Below, in pieces: positions 10,775-20,116 of a stretch of DNA of 64,000 bases. The number at the start of each line of letters is the position of its first letter. Positions within the stretch are counted from its first letter, which is position 1. The notes beneath the pieces are model-generated. The model worked only from the letters and a program-made list of their open reading frames with translations, did not search any database and had not been told where the DNA came from. Source of the stretch: Thalassobaculaceae bacterium (GTDB lineage Bacteria > Pseudomonadota > Alphaproteobacteria > Thalassobaculales > Thalassobaculaceae); the NCBI GenBank assembly GCA_965228875.1, contig OZ245843.1, positions 4,198,616 to 4,262,615 of the forward strand, in the 5' to 3' direction. The position numbers and the translations under genes were made by a program.

Positions 10775-10959
10775 TCCGGGAAATGGCTGACGACGATGAA
10801 TCCGACGGTCCCGACAAGCGTGACCGCGAAGGAATAGGTGAAGGCCGCCATCGCAAAGGGCTGCATCAGCATGACGACGCCGACCGCGATGGTCAGGGAG
10901 GCGAGCATCTCCCAGGGCCCCCGCCGGAGCCGAAGCAGACCGTGAACGAATGCCGTCAT
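10771..10959 (-). CDS. Small two-TM membrane protein (62 aa)
   Basis: MTAFVHGLLRLRRGPWEMLASLTIAVGVVMLMQPFAMAAFTYSFAVTLVGTVGFIVVSHFPE; ATGA-coupled at both ends. Confidence 0.75.
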   Translation of the reverse strand: MTAFVHGLLRLRRGPWEMLASLTIAVGVVMLMQPFAMAAFTYSFAVTLVGTVGFIVVSHFPE

Positions 10960-11894
10960 TTGCGCACCGCGCCGAAGGTGATGCCGCGCAGCAGGTGACG
11001 GCGCAGCAGGATCGTGAAGACCATGACCGGCAGCAGGAAGATCGTGGCGCCGGCGGCCACCGCCGGCCAGTCCTGTCCGGCGACGCCGATGATCGTGGGA
11101 ATGAAAGGCGGCGCGGTCTGCGCCGTTCCGGAGGTCAGCAGCACCGCGAACGCGTACTCGTTCCAGGCGAAGATCAGGCAGAAGATGGCGGTCGACGCGA
11201 TACCGGTGGCCGCCTGGGGCAGGACGACCTTGTAGAACGCCTGGAACCGGGTGTAGCCGTCGATCAGCGCGGCTTCCTCGTATTCGCGCGGGATCTCGTC
11301 GATGAAGCCCTTCAGCAGCCAGACGGATAGCGACAGGTTCACCGCCGTGTAGAGCAGAATCATCCCGGCATGGGTGTCCGACAGCCCGACGGCGCGGAAC
11401 ATCAGGAAGATCGGGATCGCCACCGCGATCGGCGGCATCATCCGCGTCGAGAGGATGAAGAACAGCAGATCGTCCTTGAGCGGGACCCGGAACCGCGAGA
11501 AGGCGTAGGCCGCAAAGGTGCCGAGGAACACCGACAGGAAGGTCGAGCCGAAGCCGATGATGGTCGAGTTCAGGAACCGCTCGCCGAAACGCGACGGTCC
11601 GGCGATCACCATGCCCTTGTCGTGGACGATCCGCTCGTACCAGGTCTCGGGCGGGTTGGCGTCGAGATAGTCCTTTGTCTGGCGGGTCTGCGCGGTGAAC
11701 AGGTTCACATAGCCTTCCAGCGTCGGCTCGAAGGTCACCTTCGGCGGGTAGGCGATGGCGTCGGAGGACGACTTGAACCCGGTCGCCAGGATCCACAGCA
11801 GCGGCAGCAGCGCGACCAGCGCGTAGGCGACGACCAGGGCGCCGGCGATCCACTTCTGCCGCGCGCTCGGCTCGGTGATCGAGTAACCGCTCAT
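10956..11894 (-). CDS. Carbohydrate ABC permease (MalG-like)
   Basis: EAA loop YEEAALIDGYT; multiple TM segments; ATGA coupling. Confidence 0.9.
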   Translation of the reverse strand: MSGYSITEPSARQKWIAGALVVAYALVALLPLLWILATGFKSSSDAIAYPPKVTFEPTLEGYVNLFTAQTRQTKDYLDANPPETWYERIVHDKGMVIAGPSRFGERFLNSTIIGFGSTFLSVFLGTFAAYAFSRFRVPLKDDLLFFILSTRMMPPIAVAIPIFLMFRAVGLSDTHAGMILLYTAVNLSLSVWLLKGFIDEIPREYEEAALIDGYTRFQAFYKVVLPQAATGIASTAIFCLIFAWNEYAFAVLLTSGTAQTAPPFIPTIIGVAGQDWPAVAAGATIFLLPVMVFTILLRRHLLRGITFGAVRK

Positions 11895-12838
11895 CGGTCC
11901 TTCACCTTGTTCAGCGCCTTCACGTAGATCGAGGCGAGACCGAAGACGGTGACGAACAGGATGATGGCGTAGGCCGACGAGTAGCCGGTCCGCCATTTCT
12001 CGAACGCCTCGCGCTTGAGGTTGATCGAGGTCAGTTCGGTCGTCGACCCCGGTCCACCGCCGGTCAGCTGGACCACCAGATCGAACATCTTGAAGTTCTC
12101 GATCCCGCGGAAAAGCACCGCCAGCATCAGGAACGGCAGGACCATCGGCACCGTGATCGTCCAGAACTGGCGCCACTTGGAGGCGCGGTCGCACTCGGCT
12201 GCCTCGTAGATGTAGTCGGGGATCGACCGCAGACCGGCGAGGCAGATCAGCATCACGAACGGCGTCCACATCCAGGTGTCGACGATGACGATCGACCAGG
12301 GCGCCAGCGCGACGTCGCCGATCATGCTGAAGCTGGTCGGATCGCCGCCCGTCAGGAAAGCGACCACGTAGTTGAACAGGCCGATCTGCGGTTGGTAGAG
12401 GAAGGTCCAGAAGTTTCCGACCACGGCCGGCGACAGCATCATCGGCAGCACGATGATGGTCGTCCAGAGATCGTTGCCCCGGAATTTTCGGTTGATGAGC
12501 CAGGCGAGCGCGAAGCCGATCAGCACCTGCAGCGCCAGCGTCCAGAACAGGAAATGCGCCGTCGCCTGCATGGTGAACCAGATGTCGCTGTCGGTCAGGA
12601 TGCGTTCGTAGTTCCGCAGCCCGATCCACTTGACCTCGACGTTCGGCCGGTTGGCCCGGAAGTTGGTGAAGCTGAGCCAGATGGTCCACAGCAGCGGGAA
12701 GATGTTGATCGCGAGCAGCAGAACGATGGTCGGCGTCACGAAGATCCAGGCGATCGTCCGGTCGGAGACACCCCGGATGCGGCGCGCGATCCTGGGTGGC
12801 GTCGCCCCGGCGACGCGGTCTATCGCGGTGTTCGGCAT
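11891..12838 (-). CDS. Carbohydrate ABC permease (MalF-like)
   Basis: YEAAECDRAS EAA loop; TGGGPG motif. Confidence 0.9.
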   Translation of the reverse strand: MPNTAIDRVAGATPPRIARRIRGVSDRTIAWIFVTPTIVLLLAINIFPLLWTIWLSFTNFRANRPNVEVKWIGLRNYERILTDSDIWFTMQATAHFLFWTLALQVLIGFALAWLINRKFRGNDLWTTIIVLPMMLSPAVVGNFWTFLYQPQIGLFNYVVAFLTGGDPTSFSMIGDVALAPWSIVIVDTWMWTPFVMLICLAGLRSIPDYIYEAAECDRASKWRQFWTITVPMVLPFLMLAVLFRGIENFKMFDLVVQLTGGGPGSTTELTSINLKREAFEKWRTGYSSAYAIILFVTVFGLASIYVKALNKVKDR

Positions 12839-12874
12839 GACGTGTCCGTCCTCAACTCCAGCGGCGACTGATGG

Positions 12875-12920
12875 GCGGGGCCGTTGGCGGCGCTATCGGC
12901 GGCGCTATCGGCGGCCCCGC
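12875..12920. repeat. Intercistronic stem-loop containing a 12-bp tandem repeat (GGCGGCGCTATC x2.5)
   Basis: GCGGGGCCG ... CGGCCCCGC arms flank the repeat; located between binding-protein and permease genes. Confidence 0.55.
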
Positions 12921-12972
12921 ACCCGATCGTCGGCCATCGTGACCGCCCGGGACGGGCGGGCCGACGACGTGT

Positions 12973-14295
12973 CTAGAGTTTACCCTCATCCTCGAAGACT
13001 TCGGTCCAGTCTTCGACGAGCCCGTCCAGCGCCTGCTTGGCGGTGCCCTCGCCGGCGATGACGTACTTGTGGACCCGGTCCTGCATCGGCAGCAGCAGCG
13101 ACGCGTAGGCGGGCTCGGCCCAGAAGTCCTTCACGATCGCCATGGAGTCCAGGAAGGTCTGGGCGTAGGGCTGGCTCGACGCGAAGCCGGGGTCCTCGAC
13201 CACTGCCTTGAGGGCCGAGTAGCCGCCGAGTTCCCACCACTTCTTCTGCACCGACGGCTGGGCGAACCACTGGACGTACTCCAGCGCTGCGTCCCGGCTG
13301 TCGGTATAGGACACCACCGAGATGCCCTGACCGCCGAGCTGCGCGAAATGTCCGCCAGGCCCCGGCGGGTTGGCGAAGTAGCCGGAGCGCTCGCCGCCAA
13401 CATTCGGATCCGCGTGAACGCCGGGCCAGATGAAGGCGAAGTTCATCTGCAGGGCGACCTGACCGGACTTGTAGGCGTCGATGTTCTCCGACATGTACCA
13501 GTCCGACGAGCCCGGCGGGGTGCAGCAGTCGTACAGCGCCTTGTAGAACTCCAGGCCGGCGACCGCGCCGTCCGAGTTCACGTAGCCCGGCAGATCATAG
13601 GGCTTGTCCGGGTTGCTGTACTCAAACCCGTAGTTGTACAGCACGTTGGTGACGCCCATGGTGATGCCTTCCGAGCCGCGCTCGGTATAGATCGCCGCGC
13701 CGTAGACCGTCGTGCCGTCGATCTCCCGGCCCTGGAAGAATTCGGCGATGTCCTTCAGCTCGGCCAGGCTGTTCGGAACGTCGAGATCGCGGCCGTACCT
13801 GTCCTTGAACTCGGCCTGCAGCTCGGGCCGTCCGAACCAGTCCTTGCGGTAGGTCCAGCCGACCACGTCGCCGAAGGCCGGCAGGGCCCAGTAGTTCGGC
13901 GTGCCCTTGGGCCACTCGGCGTAGCCGGTCACGGTCGCCGGAATGAAATCATCCATCGAGATGCCCTGGGCCTCGAAGAAGTCGTTCAACTTGACGTAGT
14001 GCCCGGCCTCCGCGCCGAGCCCGATCCACTGGCTGTCGCCGATCATCAGGTCGCAGAGCTGGCCGCCGGAGTTGAGCTCGTTCAGCATGCGGTCGGCGAA
14101 GTTCGGCCAGGGCACGAACTCGAAGCTCATGTTGTGGCCGGTCTTCGCCTCGAAATCCTTCGAGAGCTCGATCAGCGCGTTTGCCGGGTCCCAGGCGGCC
14201 CAGCACAGGGTGAGGTCGTCGGCCTCGGCCGACGGAGCGCCCGCGACCGCCGCCGTGGCAACCGTCAGGGCAGCCGCTATCGTCTTGAACTTCAT
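12973..14295 (-). CDS. Carbohydrate ABC substrate-binding protein
   Basis: Signal peptide ending AEA; SBP family 1 features; GAGGAGG RBS. Confidence 0.9.
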   Translation of the reverse strand: MKFKTIAAALTVATAAVAGAPSAEADDLTLCWAAWDPANALIELSKDFEAKTGHNMSFEFVPWPNFADRMLNELNSGGQLCDLMIGDSQWIGLGAEAGHYVKLNDFFEAQGISMDDFIPATVTGYAEWPKGTPNYWALPAFGDVVGWTYRKDWFGRPELQAEFKDRYGRDLDVPNSLAELKDIAEFFQGREIDGTTVYGAAIYTERGSEGITMGVTNVLYNYGFEYSNPDKPYDLPGYVNSDGAVAGLEFYKALYDCCTPPGSSDWYMSENIDAYKSGQVALQMNFAFIWPGVHADPNVGGERSGYFANPPGPGGHFAQLGGQGISVVSYTDSRDAALEYVQWFAQPSVQKKWWELGGYSALKAVVEDPGFASSQPYAQTFLDSMAIVKDFWAEPAYASLLLPMQDRVHKYVIAGEGTAKQALDGLVEDWTEVFEDEGKL

Positions 14296-14384
14296 CGGAT
14301 CCTCCTCTTGTCCGGCTCGATCTGCTCGACGCCGTTTCGCGCGTGCGTTGATTGTTGTTCTTCGGCGCTTACCGCGACTCTAGA

Positions 14385-14430
14385 TGACGTACGTACCTCA
14401 TGTAAACCCGAATTTGATGTACGTACGTCA
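14385..14430. promoter_or_regulatory. Tandem 16-bp palindromic operators (likely for the adjacent LacI regulator)
   Basis: TGACGTACGTACCTCA (14385-14400) and TGATGTACGTACGTCA (14415-14430) lie upstream of the binding-protein gene. Confidence 0.75.
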
Positions 14431-14470
14431 GAATCCCGAATCGGCGGTCACGCTGGGCTTTCGGCTCGGC

Positions 14471-15499
14471 TCAGGGCAGGTTTTCGCGGGTGATGATGTC
14501 GATGCGGATGCGTTCCTGCGCCTCGAAGATGGCGACCCCGTCGCAACGCGCGCGCAGCACGCGCAGGGCGCTGCGCGCCAGATGCCCGACATTCTGGGCG
14601 ATGACGGCATCGATCTCGCCGCAGACGAGAGCCTCGCGCGACTGCGGCGTGAGCTCGTGGGCGATGTAGACCAGGTCGCTCAGCCGCCCGGTCTCGCGGA
14701 ACGCATCGAGGATATGGCGGTTTCCGGAGCCCATCGAATAGACGCCGACCAGGTCGTTGTTGGAGGCGGCGATCCGCCGGATCGCCGCGCGGGCGCGCAC
14801 CGGGTCGTTGTGGGTCTCCACCGACGGCAGCACGTCGAGACCGGGAAACTCGTCCAGCAGCACGGAATCGAAGCCGAGGCGGCGGTCGATGCTGTCGCGC
14901 GAGACCATCGAGTTCGTGATGGCGAGAACCTTGCCTTTGGGGTGCCGCACGAAGCGACCCATCAGCAGGGCGGCGGTGCGCCCGGCCGACTCGCTGTTCA
15001 CGCCGACGAAGTAGTCCCGCTCCGAACTCGGAAGATCCGAGATCAGGGCGGCGACGGCGATGCCGTCCGCCTTCAGGCGCGAGATCGCGTCGCGGACCTG
15101 TGGCGTCTCGCGCGCCATGATCGCCACGCCGTCCGGTTTCTCCGCCCGGATTGCATGCAACTCGCGGGCGACGGCGTGGGGATCTTCCGGCAGGACCGAC
15201 TGGATCCGCACGGAAACGCGCTCCGCGATCTGGGAGCTGCTTGCCTCCTCGAGCGCGTCCTTGAGCGTCTCGATGAACTGGCTCGACTCGCGGGGCAGGA
15301 CGACGGCGAAGCGATACTCGCGTTGCCGCGCCAGGTTGGCCGCGGAGGTGTCGCGGACGTAGCCGAGCTTGCGGATCGCCGCCTGAACCCGTTTTGCCGT
15401 CTCCTCCCGCACGCCGGAGCGGCCGTTGAGCACCCGATCGACCGTCGCCAGACTGACTCCGGCGACGTTCGCGACATCATGCACTGTAGGTCGGCCCAT
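14471..15499 (-). CDS. LacI-family transcriptional regulator
   Basis: PTVHDVANVAGVSLATVDRVLN helix-turn-helix, followed by a sugar-binding domain. Confidence 0.93.
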   Translation of the reverse strand: MGRPTVHDVANVAGVSLATVDRVLNGRSGVREETAKRVQAAIRKLGYVRDTSAANLARQREYRFAVVLPRESSQFIETLKDALEEASSSQIAERVSVRIQSVLPEDPHAVARELHAIRAEKPDGVAIMARETPQVRDAISRLKADGIAVAALISDLPSSERDYFVGVNSESAGRTAALLMGRFVRHPKGKVLAITNSMVSRDSIDRRLGFDSVLLDEFPGLDVLPSVETHNDPVRARAAIRRIAASNNDLVGVYSMGSGNRHILDAFRETGRLSDLVYIAHELTPQSREALVCGEIDAVIAQNVGHLARSALRVLRARCDGVAIFEAQERIRIDIITRENLP

Positions 15500-15532
15500 G
15501 GCACCTCCAGCGGCGACCCTATCCAACGGTCA

Positions 15533-15548
15533 TGAGGTACGTCAATCA
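15533..15548. promoter_or_regulatory. Third, degenerate operator copy upstream of the LacI gene (autoregulation)
   Basis: TGAGGTACGTCAATCA aligns with the two sites at 14385-14430. Confidence 0.6.
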
Positions 15549-15701
15549 AGCCGCCTGCCGGCCACGGAAGCGGGCCGGTCTGTACGTCCGGACCGGGGTG
15601 ACGGCGGCAGCGGCCTTGGCCTAGGCTGCGGATGCGGGCGTCGCCCCGGGACAGGCCGGGAGCGCGACGCCCGGCGGAATGATGCGGCGCAGGAGGGCCC
15701 G

Positions 15702-15911
15702 ATGTCTTCACCCGAATTCGATGCGGCTGCCTGTATCCGCGCGGCAGCGCCGATGCTCGGCCTCGACCTGGACGAGGAGCGGATCGCGGCGGCGGCGCCG
15801 TTCCTGGCGATCGCCCGCGAGATGGCGGAGGTTCTGGAGACCGCACCGGTTCCGCCGGGTTCTCTCGACCTTGGACCGGTCTTCGATCCGACCTCGACCG
15901 GCGAGGGGTGA
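15702..15911 (+). CDS. AtzG-like / DUF4089 small accessory protein
   Basis: 69 aa (AAAPMLGLDL...PVFDP) immediately upstream of an AtzE-family amidase; AGGAGG RBS. Confidence 0.7.
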   Translation: MSSPEFDAAACIRAAAPMLGLDLDEERIAAAAPFLAIAREMAEVLETAPVPPGSLDLGPVFDPTSTGEG

Positions 15912-15918
15912 TGCGGCG

Positions 15919-17313
15919 ATGACCGGCATCGATACCTTCGCCCCGGCCTGGCGGATCGCCGAGGCGGTGGCCGACGGCACGGTCAGCGCCGAGAGCGTCA
16001 CCGCCGCCGCGCTCGACCGGATCGCCGCGCTCGACGCCCGCGTCAACGCCTTCACCGACGTCACCGCCGATCGGGCCCTTGCCGCCGCCCGACGGATCGA
16101 CGCCGACCGGGCCGCGGGCAGGGCGCTCGGACCGCTGGCCGGTGTTCCGTTCGCCGTGAAGAACCTGTTCGACATCGCCGGCCTCGCGACCAGGGCCGGC
16201 TCGAAGATCAACCGCGACCTAGCGCCCGCGGCAGGGGACGCCGAACTGGTGCGGCGCCTGGAGGCCGCGGGAGCGGTCCTGCTCGGCGGGCTCAACATGG
16301 GGGAGTACGCCTACGACTTCACCGGCGAGAACGCCCATGACGGGGCCTGCCGGAATCCGCACGACACCGAGCGCATGGCCGGGGGATCGTCCTCCGGCAG
16401 CGGGGCGGCGACGGCGGCCGGGTTCGTCGCGCTGGCGCTCGGCTCCGACACCAACGGCTCGATCCGGGTACCGTCGTCGTTCTGCGGCGTGTTCGGCCTC
16501 AAGCCGACCTACGGACGGCTCCCCCGGACCGGCAGCTTCCCGTTCTGCGACAGTCTGGACCATGTCGGCCCGTTCGCCCGATCGGCCCGCGATCTCGCCC
16601 TGACCTACGATGCGGTGCAGGGGCCGGACCCGCGCGACCATGCCTGCGCGAACCGGCCGTCGGAGGCGACGCTGCCCTCGCTGGAGGATGGGATCGACGG
16701 TCTGAGGATCGGGATCCTCGACGGCCATTTCTCGACCGACGGCATGCCGGAGGCGGAGGCGGCGGTGGGCATGGCGGCGCAGGTGCTCGGCGCGACGCGG
16801 CGGGTCGAGGTCGACGGGGTGACGGCCGGGCGCGCGGCCGCCGCGATCATGACCTATGTCGAGAGCGCGGCGCTGCATCTTCCCAATCTGCGGACCCGGC
16901 TGAACGACTTCGATCCGGACACGCGCGACCGCTTCGTCGCCGGCGCCGTGCTGCCGGGCACATGGTATGCCCGGGCGCAGCAGGTCAGGCACTGGTACCG
17001 GGAGCGGTTCGCCGAGGTGCTGCGCCGGTTCGACGTGCTGATCGCGCCGACGACACCGTTCCCCGCGCCGCCCGTCGGGCAGAAGACGGTCACGATCCGC
17101 GGCCGCGAGCTGATGCTGCGCCCGAACATCGGCCTGTTCACTCAGCCGATCTCGGCGATCGGCCTGCCGGTCTGCGCGGTTCCGGTCACCACCGGGACGT
17201 TGCCGGTCGGCGTGCAGGTGATCGCCGCCCCGTGGCGCGAGGACGTCTGCCTGCGCGTCGCCCGTCACCTGGAGATTGTCGGCTGCGCGCGGGCCGCGAC
17301 CCCGCCCCTTTGA
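15919..17313 (+). CDS. AtzE-family amidohydrolase (amidase signature)
   Basis: FAVKNLFD, NMGEYAYDFTGENAHDG, GGSSSGS, GSDTNGSIRVPSS. Confidence 0.85.
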   Translation: MTGIDTFAPAWRIAEAVADGTVSAESVTAAALDRIAALDARVNAFTDVTADRALAAARRIDADRAAGRALGPLAGVPFAVKNLFDIAGLATRAGSKINRDLAPAAGDAELVRRLEAAGAVLLGGLNMGEYAYDFTGENAHDGACRNPHDTERMAGGSSSGSGAATAAGFVALALGSDTNGSIRVPSSFCGVFGLKPTYGRLPRTGSFPFCDSLDHVGPFARSARDLALTYDAVQGPDPRDHACANRPSEATLPSLEDGIDGLRIGILDGHFSTDGMPEAEAAVGMAAQVLGATRRVEVDGVTAGRAAAAIMTYVESAALHLPNLRTRLNDFDPDTRDRFVAGAVLPGTWYARAQQVRHWYRERFAEVLRRFDVLIAPTTPFPAPPVGQKTVTIRGRELMLRPNIGLFTQPISAIGLPVCAVPVTTGTLPVGVQVIAAPWREDVCLRVARHLEIVGCARAATPPL

Positions 17314-17352
17314 GGCACCCGCCCCTCTGAGGCGCCGGCCGCGGTGCCGCGG

Positions 17353-18561
17353 TCATGGCGCGACCGGATCGTGCGCCATGTCGAGATGCGGTTCGCTGCC
17401 AGTGTAGGGATTGGCGGCGATGAAGGCGTCGTCCAGTTCCACCCCGAGGCCCGGCGCGGTCGGCGGGATGACATATCCGTCCTGCCAGTCGATCGCCGTC
17501 TTCACCACCGACATGTAGGGCCCGTCGAACCGGCCGATCGACTCCAGGATCAGGAAGTTCGGCGAACAGGCGGCGAGCTGGATGTTGGCGGCCGCCACGA
17601 CGGGGCCGCAGTACAGGTGCGGCGCGATGTGGGCCTGTCGGGTCTCCGCCATTCCGGCGATCTTCTTGGCCTCGAGCAGCCCGCCGACCCGACCCAGGTT
17701 CATCTGCAGGATCGAGGCGGCGCCGGCCTCCAGGATCCGGGCGAACTCGTGCTTGGTGCACAGCCGTTCGCCGGTCGCCACCGGTATCGCCGTGTGGCGG
17801 GCGATCTCGGCCATGTCGGCCGGGTTCTCCGGCGTGGTCGGCTCCTCGAACCAGAGCGGGTCGTAGGGTTCCAGCCGGCGGGCCATGCGCCTGGCGCCGG
17901 AGACGGAGAACTGGCCGTGGGTGCCGAACAGCAGGTCGGCGCGGGATCCCACCGCCTCGCGGATTCGCTGGCAGAACAGCTCCGAGCGGTCCAGGTCCTC
18001 GAGGCGCGGCTGATGCCCGTCGTAGATCGTGTACGGGCCGGCGGGATCAAACTTCACGGCGGTGAAGCCCTGGTCGACGGCGCGCACGGCCGCTTCCGCC
18101 GCCATGTCGGGGTCGTTGTAGACATTCGGCCGTGCCGGATCGGGATAGACGTCGCCCTCGGCCGGATAGAGGTAGGTGTAGCTGCGCAGCCGATCGTGCA
18201 CCCGGCCGCCGAGCAGGTCGTAGACCGGTCGGCCCGCCGCCTTCCCGACGATGTCCCAGCACGCCATCTCCAGACCGCTCAGCACCCCCATCACCGTGAT
18301 GTCGGGCCGTTGCGAGTAGCCCGATCCGTAGGTTCTGCGCCACAGGGTCTCGATCCGATGCGGGTCGGCGCCGGCGAAGTGCCGGGCGAAGACCTCGCGC
18401 GCCATGGCGGCGCAGAGCGCCGGGCCGAACGTGGCGTTGTATATCTCGCCGACGCCCGTCAGCCCGCAGGCGGTGGTGAGGCGCACGAAGATGAAGTAGC
18501 GGCCGCCATGGCGCGGCGGCGGATTGGCGACCACGAAGGTCTCGATCGATTCCAGTCGCAT
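17353..18561 (-). CDS. Mandelate racemase / muconate lactonizing enzyme family protein
   Basis: WDIVGKAAGRPVYDLLGG, KFDP, WFEEP, ATGER, PTAPGLG. Confidence 0.88.
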   Translation of the reverse strand: MRLESIETFVVANPPPRHGGRYFIFVRLTTACGLTGVGEIYNATFGPALCAAMAREVFARHFAGADPHRIETLWRRTYGSGYSQRPDITVMGVLSGLEMACWDIVGKAAGRPVYDLLGGRVHDRLRSYTYLYPAEGDVYPDPARPNVYNDPDMAAEAAVRAVDQGFTAVKFDPAGPYTIYDGHQPRLEDLDRSELFCQRIREAVGSRADLLFGTHGQFSVSGARRMARRLEPYDPLWFEEPTTPENPADMAEIARHTAIPVATGERLCTKHEFARILEAGAASILQMNLGRVGGLLEAKKIAGMAETRQAHIAPHLYCGPVVAAANIQLAACSPNFLILESIGRFDGPYMSVVKTAIDWQDGYVIPPTAPGLGVELDDAFIAANPYTGSEPHLDMAHDPVAP

Positions 18562-18672
18562 GGCGGCGTGAATGGCGCCCTCTCTTCGCCGGTTGTTGGC
18601 GGTGCCAGAGGGTATGCCGGGAAGGCCCGGGGCGTCGACCACCCGCTGCCGCCCGACGGCGTCACATCGTCG

Positions 18673-20103
18673 TCAGGCGACGCCGATCGCGGTCGGCAGA
18701 GGGCTGACGGTCGTGTGGCTCCGGGGCGCCGTCAGGGTCTCGGCGGCCGGCGGCTTGGGCCGCCGGATCAGGATGATCGCCGGGTTCTCGATGCCTTCGT
18801 GGCGTATCGTGCGCGCGAGCGCGTCGAGGCTGGTCTTCACGACGCGTTCGTGGGGGCTTGCCGCCTTGCTGACGATGTGAACGTCGAGGTCCGGTTCCAT
18901 GCCGGCGGCGAGCAGGTTGTCCCGCACGGTGCCGGCCGAGCCCACCGCCATGTAGAGGGCCAGGGTCGATCCGGGGCGCAGGTAGTCGGCCCAGTTCGGA
19001 CCGGCGTCGCCACGCCGCAGCTGGCCGGTGGAGATCACCAGGGTGTCCGCTTCGCCCCGTTCGGTCAGGAACCCCCGGGTCGCGGCCGATGCCGCCGATG
19101 CGGCGGTGACGCCGGGCACGATTTCCCAGGCGATGCCGGCGGCGTTCAGGCTCTCCGCCTCGTCGGCTCCGCGTCCGAAGATGCCGGGATCGCCGGACTT
19201 GAGGCGGACCACCCGCTTTCCGGACAGGGCGGTGCGGACCATCAGGCTGTTGATCCGCTGCTGCGGCCAAGCGGTCGTCCCCGGCGTCTTGCCGACATAC
19301 ACGCGCTCGGCGTCGCGGCGCGCCAGTTCCAGCACGTCGGGGTCGACGAGACGGTCGTAGAAGACGATATCCGCCTCCTGCAGGCGCTGGGCTCCGCGCA
19401 GGGTGATCAGGTCGCGCGATCCGGGGCCGGCGCCGACCAGGCTCACGAACCCGTCCGAGCGGTTCCGCTCCGGTGCCCGGCCGGTTTCAACCGCATCCTT
19501 GACCAGGGCTGCCGCCTCGCGCTCGCGCCCGCTGGCGTGCAGGCGGCGCGGCGCTCCCGAGAACACCCAGCGCCAGAGATCCCGCCGGTGACGGGGCACG
19601 AGCCGGGAGGCGTTGCCGCGAAGTCGCCCGGCCAGCGCGGCGAGTTCGCCGAGGCGGGGCTCAAGCAGGGTCTCGAGCGTCGCCTTCAGGCTCCGCGCCA
19701 GGACGGGAGCTGTGCCTTCCGTGCCGATCGCCACCACGACCGGATCCCTGTCGACGATGGAGGGGGTGAAGGCGTCGCAGAGTCCCGGCGCATCGACGAC
19801 GTTGACCAGCACGCCGCACCTGCTGGCGACGGACCGTGCCGCCGCATCGGCCTTGGGGTCGCCGGTGGCGATGAAGGCGAGGACGGCGTTGGCGAAGACC
19901 GAGTCGTCCAGTTCTCCGGTGTGCAGAGCGATCCTGCCGCATTGGACGAGGTCCGCGAGTTCCGGGTCCGGCGCTTCGCTGACCAGGACGATCTCCGCCG
20001 TCGTCTTGAGCACGAGGCGGACCTTCTGCGCCGCCTGCTCGCCGCCGCCGACCACGACGATGCGGCGGCCCTCCGTCTTCAGGAACATTGGGAAGGTCTT
20101 CAT
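18673..20103 (-). CDS. cysG: Siroheme synthase (nitrate-cluster copy)
   Basis: N-terminal VVGGG...NVVDAP domain, plus LVGAGPG, RLKSGDPGIFGRG, VPGVTA. Confidence 0.9.
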   Translation of the reverse strand: MKTFPMFLKTEGRRIVVVGGGEQAAQKVRLVLKTTAEIVLVSEAPDPELADLVQCGRIALHTGELDDSVFANAVLAFIATGDPKADAAARSVASRCGVLVNVVDAPGLCDAFTPSIVDRDPVVVAIGTEGTAPVLARSLKATLETLLEPRLGELAALAGRLRGNASRLVPRHRRDLWRWVFSGAPRRLHASGREREAAALVKDAVETGRAPERNRSDGFVSLVGAGPGSRDLITLRGAQRLQEADIVFYDRLVDPDVLELARRDAERVYVGKTPGTTAWPQQRINSLMVRTALSGKRVVRLKSGDPGIFGRGADEAESLNAAGIAWEIVPGVTAASAASAATRGFLTERGEADTLVISTGQLRRGDAGPNWADYLRPGSTLALYMAVGSAGTVRDNLLAAGMEPDLDVHIVSKAASPHERVVKTSLDALARTIRHEGIENPAIILIRRPKPPAAETLTAPRSHTTVSPLPTAIGVA

Positions 20104-20116
20104 GGCGCTACCCTCC

